From NCBI RefSeq assembly GCF_048593235.1, contig NC_133622.1, forward strand, positions 193,285,198 to 193,349,197: a stretch of DNA of 64,000 nucleotides, read 5' to 3'. The position numbers were made by a program, and so were the translations under genes. Under the pieces are notes generated by a model. That model was given only the letters and a program-made list of their open reading frames with translations. It had not been told where the DNA came from and ran no database searches. Positions 56,053-64,000 of this stretch are shown piece after piece; position 1 is the stretch's first letter; each line of letters starts with the position of its first letter. Origin of the DNA: Sminthopsis crassicaudata. Taxonomy: Eukaryota.

Positions 56053-57362
56053 TAGATAGTTATTGTCTTTCCAGTTGTCCATTTCATTCTTTAGTATAGC
56101 AAATATTTCATCAATTCATATGCTACATTTGATTTAGTGAGAAAACCAAATTAATTTTATCCTGTAACTGATGTTTTATTTTATACTTGATTTTATTCTG
56201 TAATAGGCAGTGCTACATTTTGTATAACTACCCAAGTCACTTTCTTTACCTTTATTTCATAAGAATATATATTTAGAATTTCAATCTTCCCCTCTGATTG
56301 CATTTAAAAGTTCAGCTTTCCTGTAAATCACCTTAATTAAAGGAAACCTATTATCTTTGTTCTACCAGCTGTCCTCCTAAAGTGCTGCCCTGCTTTGAAA
56401 TCTGTCTGTTATCTCTAAATCATCAGTTATTCTTGTAAAATGCATAGAGAATTTATCATCAAAATAGAAAGAGGGGTTGTTGATAACTGTGCATTTCCAG
56501 TTTCCAGCAATTAATATTGCCCTTCATGCCTATGATGCGACAAGCTCTGTGCCCAATCACATTATTTTCCCTGTCTATGATGTTGCTTTTTGTTTCTGGG
56601 ACATTCTTTTCCTTTCATTTATAAAAGAGGGTTGTCCCCGTCATTCAGGATCTTAGTTAGCTGAAGAGACTAAGACCCTGTTCATTGGAAAATTCTTACT
56701 TTGTCAATAAATGGATCATTTTTGGAGCTTTGTGCCTCAGTTTACTTAGATTTTGATCATAACAGTTTGGCAACTACAAAAGAACTGGGGAAGGGAGGCT
56801 TCCACCCAAGTTCTGGAACTAGCTCCAATCTCCAAGTAGTAAATGAAGACATTAGCCAAACCACATTCATGTATGCATGATGCTTTTTAGCTCCTCCTCC
56901 CCTTATCTGATTTTTTTTGAGAGATCTTTTGTGGGGATCCACTTAATATTCTAGTCACCATCTTAGACTGCATAACGGGGATTGGAGATCCTTGAATCAT
57001 CTGGTAGCTGCCCCAGACAGCCCTATGTAAGTGACCCAGATGATTAATAAAGGACTTTCATAATCATATTGGAGCTCCTGGCCGCTTTCTTCAGTATCAA
57101 GCTAACACGTTGGTGGGAGTGAGGAGTGGGCAGGAGGCTTGGAGTTCCTGGGGAATTCTGGACCCTACAGTCACAAATAACCACAGTTGGAAAGTGACTA
57201 GTAGATGGAGTAACTGGCAAATTGGTAATAGGAAATACTTCTTAAGAGGAGAATTGGAGAAGCCCTGTTACAAATGTGAGTCCACCATCATCTTCACTGG
57301 AGGGAACAAAAAGTGACCCCTCTTCTCCTATACCAAGGTCATCAAAATGATGCCTGATACAC

Positions 57363-58491
57363 TGATTCTGAGGGAAAAGAGAGTCTAACCCTCAGAGAAC
57401 CCCCAGTTTGATGAGGAAGCTGCTCTTACCATTAGGGGGCTCTGTCTATCAGGGAGCTGGACCTTTAGAAAGGCTCCCAGGGATTACCTGTCATGGGGGG
57501 GGAGGAAGTGGAGGGAGGGGGGGGATAATTTGGAAAAATGAATACAAGGAATAATATTATAAATAAATAAAAAAAAGAAGAAGAATTGATACATCCAATT
57601 TTTCTGGAAAATCAGACATAATGGTAAAAAAGAAGCTAAATAAAGTTTTGGAATTAAATTTAAAAAAAAAGAAAAAGAAAAAGAAAGGCTCCCAGGCTCA
57701 GACAGGATACACCAATAATAGACTAGAAGCCAAAGCAAGACAGGAAGAAAGAATGGGTTACTGTCAGAATGAAGGACAGGGATTGGTAACAGTCTAGGAG
57801 AAAGTGTATGTAGAGAACAATCTAGTAGAAAAATCCCTAGCTGTTGCATTTCTTCTGCACCACATGAGCTCAACTGAGAGGAGAAGTAGGTGGGAAAGGA
57901 CGTTCCAATCCTGGCTGGCATTCCTCTGCTGATGTGGCTTTAGTGTTTATTTCTGTACTGTTTCATTCTGCTGTTAAATCACATAGTCGTTCACAGTAAT
58001 TTTGTCTTCTTTTGAGTTATGATTGAAGATAAACAAAGCTAGTCCCTGGGTCTTGACTTAATTAGGAGAATTAAAAAGTAATTTTGGCAATTTCTGAGGG
58101 TAAGGTTACCAAGAAGATGAACCTGTAAATTGTGTGGGGGATGGTGATATTAACTCTGAGTGCATTACTTCTGGCTTAGCATAGCGCTCTACATACAACT
58201 TGCTTCGTGGACATTAGGAAAATGGGGTGGAAAATGCCTTGCCAGGCTTATTTTTTTATGCCATGCTGTCTTTTTATAACCTTTCTGCCAAATATGGGCA
58301 GGTGTAATCCACCACCTATCCATTTGGTGGTCAGATCAATTGATTTCAAAATTTGCTTTGATTAAAGCCCTAGATATTTCATTCTTTTGCCAGACCACAA
58401 ACTCCTTCCCTTCCATGTAAGGAAAGAATGAGTGTTTCAAAATCATTAGGGTGGACACTGAACCTGAGATGGCAATGAGTGTCTAATCTCA
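57363..58491 (-). mobile_element. LTR-like element, copy 2 (with ~200 bp L1-mediated insertion)
   Basis: TGATTCTGAG...CTAATCTCA, a direct repeat of 40876-41793. Confidence 0.75.
57481..57681 (+). mobile_element. Short L1 3' end plus extra 3' sequence and a second A-tail (probable 3' transduction)
   Basis: TSD agaaaggctcccag at 57467-57480 and 57682-57695; the segment is absent from LTR copy 1. Confidence 0.8.
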
Positions 58492-59299
58492 GCTTAGTAC
58501 AAGGTAGAGTTCAATGCCCAGGGTCACAGTAAATAACAAAGGCCAAATTGGCCTTTAGCTCTTTCTGACCCCAAAGCCAGGTTATTGAGAAATAACTGAA
58601 ACAAAAATCAGCAGGTATCAATATTTAATAAACAAATATCCTTAAAAGCAAGATATGGATATGGAAAAGGGATTGTCTGGTGCCAGCCTAAGGAACACTC
58701 AGTGACAATCATGTCACCCATCCATCAATCACAGGTTGTTAATGCTCTGTCTCTACGTTGAAAAACTGTCTAGCAGATATGCTGTGACTGAGCATTGAAC
58801 CCTACCTTGTGAACTGACTCAATGACTGACTTTGTCTTATTTGAATTTTTGTTGTGGTCATTAAATTACTTCTCTAATTCTATTTTGTTCTATATCAATT
58901 CACATAAGAATGTGTGTTTCTGTGTGTTCATCATATTCATTAATGGTGCAATAATATTCTACTGGACTGGGAATCAAAAAGGTCTGAAGACAAATATGGC
59001 CTTTAGTCATTTGCTGTATGACTCAGCAAATTATTTAACCTCAGCTTGCCTCAATTTACTCATCTGTTAAAGGGGAAATAATAGTACTGATAATAATGTC
59101 TATCTAAAAAGAGTTATTCTAAGGAACAAATGAGATGATATTTGTGCAATGCTAAACACAGTGCCTGGCAGAATTTAATAGATATTTATTTCCTTCCTTG
59201 TATGTTTATTTCTTTCTTTCCTTCTTCTGTGTGAGTCTCCTCTTCCTAACCATAAATAATCTAGGAAATGGCCACGGATTTTGGAGAGAAGGCCACAGA

Positions 59300-59936
59300 A
59301 AAATATTCAGGTTAGTGATGTACTCCAGAATGACTTGCAGGTGTTTATGCTGGAAACAGAGATGGGGCTAATGTTGCATATTATCTAACAGATAAAAGGT
59401 TAAGGAAGGAAGCTGAATAGTAGGGAAGAGGAGAAAAGGGGCAGGATGAAGTCCAAAGGAGTACAGCTGTGCGGGAAATGAAGAGATAGTTGCCCCTTTT
59501 TTATCCAGTCAGGATTTTTAGAGGGCAGTCTTTGAAGGGTTCTGGGGAGCAGTGATAAACAAACATTGCAGCCTTTGCTAGAGGGAGTGTCTCTTGTTTT
59601 TTTCCAGTGGCCAGGTTTCTGACAGTAAAAACAAATCTGATTTATAGAATGATCAGCTCTGGGGGAGCTGAGGTGCCAGGGGAAGAAAGTTTGGGAAATC
59701 CAGCCAGTTATCCTTGTTGGAAATGTTGCAACTGCAAATTCATGATCTTGGTTTTGTTTTTTGTTTTTTTTTTGTTTGTTTTTAAGTTTTACCTCTGCCT
59801 CTTTGGCTTTTTCCTCTGTGAGAATGTCCTGAAACCAGAAGGCCAAATAAATAAGTTCAGAAGTGAGGGTATTCTGTCATCTCTTCTGGTAGATAAGCTA
59901 AAAGTCTCTGAACTTCATCAACACAAAGTGAATTAA
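59300..59936 (-). mobile_element. ERV gag remnant (degenerate zinc knuckle)
   Basis: Minus ORF contains CFYCQKPGHWKK preceded by EEKAKEAEVKLKNKQKK, as in the capsid-nucleocapsid junction. Confidence 0.65.
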
Positions 59937-60159
59937 AAGTGACAAGGTATGTAACAATAAAAGTGCCAATATAAAAAACAGCAACATTTTACAATGATCA
60001 ACTGTTATTGATTTAGCTTTTCTCAACAGTACAGTAATTAGACTCAAGATAGAAAATGGTATCTACAAACGGTCAAGGGATATGAACAGACAATTCTCAG
60101 ATGATGCTTTTGTTCTGTTTCTTCTTCCACAACATGACCTATATGAAGAAATATCCTGA

Positions 60160-62197
60160 AGGGAACATACTTAGGGAGAGACTTGGAGATGGATTTTACA
60201 CATAAGCAGGCCCCTGGCAGGGGCTTCAAACTGCTTTTGGTTTTTGTTGACACCTTTACTAATTGGGTAAAAGCCTTCCCTTGTGAGACTGAAAAGGCTC
60301 AGAGGTTTTTGCTAAAGGAGATCAGATCTGTTTATGATTATCTCCACTGCGTGTGTCATCCTCTCTACCCAATGCTTAATGCCTTTTAAACATTATAGTG
60401 TTTGCACCCTACGCCATCTAAGTACTACTTTCATTGTGTATGAGGCCACACTATTCTACCCATTGCCTGTAATCCTTTGAGGAGATGAAAGCAGAGATTT
60501 GGGGGAAATATTCTTTGGTATTCACCCTAGGAAAAGCTGTCTGGATAAGACATATTCATCATGATAGCTTAGTCTATCTGCCCCAAGTCTTCCTCTAGTG
60601 GGGATCCTGGTTACTGTCCCTAGTAAACTCCATATTAACTCCATTTTTTTTTAAACTCATTTTTGGCACCTGCATTTCTAACTATTTTTGAGAGTTGTTT
60701 CTTCCAGATTCCAAGCCATGAAACTCCAACTATTTGGTCAAACTGAAATCACCTGATACCTGATTCTGACACTCACCCCCCCCCATGCTGCTGCCACAAT
60801 CTACAAGTCACGTGTCTCCCCTCCTCTTAGTCTGGACCCTACTAGGTAGGACCTACCAGCCCTGCACCCCTTATCAGCCTGAGAGAGTTCCAGAAGATGT
60901 GATCTTCATCCCTTTGTCCCAAATGAATTTGGAGTTCAAACTGCTGAGAGGGGAATAATACGGTACAGTTTCTAGGGGAAATACAGCAATAATCTTAAGG
61001 TTCTAAGACCTTAGAGTGCTATTGTTCTAAAAATCTGTCAATAATTTTATTTTTACTTTTTTATTTTATTATTTTTTAAATTTTATAATTATAAATTTTT
61101 TTGACAGTATATATGCATGAGTAATTTTTTAATAACATTATCCCTTGTATTCATTTTTCCAAATTATCCCCTCCCTCCCTCTATTCCCTCCCCTAGATGA
61201 CAGGCAATCCCATGCATTTTACATATGTTACAATATAACCTAGATACAATATATGTGTGTAAATCCAATTTTCTTGTTGCACATTAAGTATTAGATTCCG
61301 AAGGTGTAAGTAACCTGGGTAGATAGACAGTAGTGCTAACAGTTTACATTCACTTCCCAGTGTTCCTTCTCTGGATGTAGTTGTTTCTGTCCATCATTGA
61401 TCAACTGGAAGTGAGTTGGATCTTCTGTATGTTGAAGATTTCCACTTCCATCAGAATATATCTTCATACAGCATTGAAGTGTACAGTGATCTTCTGGTTC
61501 TGCTCGTTTCACTCAGCATCAGTTGATGTAAGTCTCTCCAAGCCTCTCTGTATTCCTCCTGTTGGTCATTTCTTACAGAGCAATAATATTCCATAACCTT
61601 CATATACCATAATTTACCCAACCATTCTCCAACTGATGGACATCCATTCAACTTCCAGTTTCTAGCCCCTACAAAAAGGGCTGCCACAAACATTTTGGCA
61701 CAGATAGGTCCCTTTCCCCTATTTAGTATTTCTTTGGGGTATAAGCCCAATAGCAGCAATGCTGGATCAAAGGGCATGCACAGTTTGATAACTTTTGGGG
61801 CATAGTTCCAGAATGCTCTCCAGAATGGCCGGACAATCTGTCAATAATTCTAACATCTTCTGGCCTTAGGATAGTCCTACAAACACTGCTGACTGTCAGA
61901 CAGATATTTATGGGCCTGTGATAGCCAAGTTCTTGAGACAATAGTGAATAGATCACTCCTTAGTTTTATCTCTGGGCTATAAAATTAGAATATCAGTGAC
62001 TTGAAGAAATGAAAAAATTTGTCTCTTTGGCCCTGGTTCTTTGCTAAATCCAATGAAACTTAGCCTGCTTCAACTGGCATTACAATTACAATAAACTTTG
62101 CCCCTTGACTTAGAGATGGGTTCAAGCCTGCAAATTCTTTTTGTGTCATACCTTGTGATACCCCAATCTTTTGGGGTCTCCTTTTTGAACCTTAACA
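60160..62197 (+). mobile_element. ERV 3' portion: integrase remnant, PPT and 3' LTR
   Basis: MDFTH...FKLLLVFVDTFTNWVKAFPCETEKA is gamma-type integrase. PPT gagaggggaa at 60946-60955. LTR about 60956-62197 with TATAAAA near 61977 and AATAAA near 62091, interrupted by an L1. Confidence 0.75.
61047..61834 (-). mobile_element. Young 5'-truncated L1
   Basis: 15-bp TSD aatctgtcaataatt at 61032-61046 and 61835-61849; [18 protein letters not shown]... Confidence 0.93.
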
Positions 62198-62437
62198 ACA
62201 ACATAGTATTTTCACCTTTTTGTTGTTTGCTTGCATTTTGTTTTCTTATTTTTTCTTTTTGATCTGATTTTTCTTGTGCATGATAATTGTAGAAATATGT
62301 ATATTTCCATATTTCCAGAATTTGCAGTATATTTCCAGAATTGCACATGTTTAACATATATTAGATTACTTGCTGTCTAGGGGAAAATTTGGAATGCAAG
62401 GTTTTGCAAGGGGTAATGTTGAAAATTGTGCATGTTG

Positions 62438-63993
62438 TCACCAAAACCATCTGGTATTGGCTAAGACATAGACCAGTTGATCAGTGGAACAGATTAGGTA
62501 CAAAGGACAGAAAGGGTACATCTATAGCAATCTAGTGTTTGATAAACCCAAAGATACCAACATTAGGGATAAAAATTCATTATTTGAAAAAAACTGTTGG
62601 GAAAACTGGAAATTAGAATGGCAGAAATTAGATATGGATCCACACTTAACACCATATACCAAGATAAGATCAAAATAGGTCCATGATTTAGGCATAAAGA
62701 ATGAGATCATAAATAGATTAGAGGAACAGAGAATAGTCTACCTCTCAGACCTGTGGAGGAGGAAGGAATTTATGACAGAGGAGAACTAGAGATCATTATT
62801 GATCACAAAATAGAAAATTTTGATTACATCAAACTAAAAAGTTTCTGTACAAACAATACTAATGCAAACAAGATTAGAAGGGAAGTAACAAATTGGGAAA
62901 ATATTTTTATAGTTAAAGGTTCTGACAAAGGTCTCATTTCCAAAATATACAGAGAATTGACCCTAATTTATAAGAAAACCATTCTCCAATTGATAAATGG
63001 TCAAAGGATATGAACAGACAATTCTCAGGTGATGAAATTGAAACTATTTCCACTCATATGAAAGAGTGTTCCAAATCACTACTGATCAGAGAAATGCAAA
63101 TTAAGACAACTCTGAGATACCACTACACACCTGTCAGATTGGCTAAATGACAGGAACAAATAATGATGAATGTTGGAGGGGATGTGGGGAAATTGGGACA
63201 CTAATGCATTGCTGGTGGAGTTGTGAAAGAATCCAGCCATTCTGGAGAGCAATCTGGAATTATGCCCCAAAAGTTATCAAACTGTGCATACCCTTTGACC
63301 CAGCAGTGCTACTACTGGGCTTATATCCCAAAGAAATACTGAGAAGGGGAAAGGGACCTGTATGTGCCAAAATGTTTGTGGCAGCTCTTTTTGTTGTAGC
63401 TAGAAACTGGAAGTTGAATGGATGTCCATCAGTTGGAGAATGGTTGGGTAAATTATGGTATATGAAGGTTATGGAATATTATTGCTCTGTAAGAAATGAC
63501 CAGCAGGAGGAATACAGAGAGGCTTGGAGAGACTTAAATCAACTGATGCTGAGTGAAACGAGCAGAACCAGAAGATCACTGTACACTTCAACAACAATAC
63601 TGTATGGGGATGTATTCTGATGGAAGTGGAAATCTTCAACATAAAGAAGATCCAACTCACTTCCAGTTAATCAGTGATGGACAGAAATAACTACACCCAG
63701 AGAAGGAACACTGGGAAGTGAATGTAAATTGTTAGCACTACTGTCTATCTACCCAGGTTACATGTACCTTCGGAATCCAATACTTAACGTGCAACAAGAA
63801 AATTGGATTTATATACATATATTGTATCTAGGTTATATTGTAACACATGTAAAATGTCATCTAGGGGAGGGAGTAGAAGGAGGGAGGGGAAAATCTGGAA
63901 AAATGAATACAAGGGATAATGTTATAAAAAAACTACTTATGCATATATACTGTCAAAAACATTTATAATTATAAAATTAAAAAAATAAAAAAT
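62438..63993 (+). mobile_element. Young 5'-truncated L1 (ORF2 C-terminus, frameshifted) inserted in an older L1 tail (about 62200-62437)
   Basis: ORF2 C-terminal peptides (CWRGCGEIGTLMHCWW...[15 protein letters not shown]), 3' UTR and A-tail. The window ends with aaaattg, matching the left flank aaaattgtgcatg (62422 onward), so the TSD probably continues off-window. Confidence 0.92.
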
Positions 63994-64000
63994 AAAATTG

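Noticed and set aside
40876-58491. The LTR pair as 5' and 3' LTRs of one provirus that transduced the SDR gene
   Set aside because: No PBS or PPT next to either copy in either orientation, no shared TSD, and no internal retroviral sequence next to the repeats.
61381-63968. ORFs of 60-157 aa as host genes
   Set aside because: They are L1 ORF2 C-terminal fragments or their antisense shadows; the same peptides recur at 43.7, 46, 54.6, 61.5 and 63.2 kb.

Overview
Marsupial genomic DNA, probably dasyurid given the WSINE1/MAR1-like SINEs and marsupial L1 tails. It is syntenic to the human 2p13 block. The first 28 kb is gene-dense and reconstructs with GT-AG introns and open frames: INO80B (-, 5 exons, 361 aa), RTKN (+, three alternative first exons plus 11 shared exons), WDR54 (-, 9 coding exons, 334 aa) and C2orf81 (+, 4 exons, 603 aa). 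The rest is repeat-rich. It holds a minus-strand ERV provirus (two LTRs, PBS-Pro, PPT) with a mitochondrial cytochrome b NUMT inside its 3' LTR, many L1 fragments and ERV gag/pol remnants. It also holds a 6-exon RDH11/12/DHRS13-like SDR gene (+, 41851-55870) enclosed by two ~97% identical LTR-like direct repeats. The most unusual feature is in that SDR gene. It is intact except for one +1 frame offset after its N-terminal membrane anchor, at UCC-UAG-A, which resembles the antizyme shifty-stop site. A simple 1-nt insertion (null allele or assembly error) or an unseen upstream exon remain more parsimonious explanations. All alignments and family calls were made by eye and from memory; nothing was database-searched.
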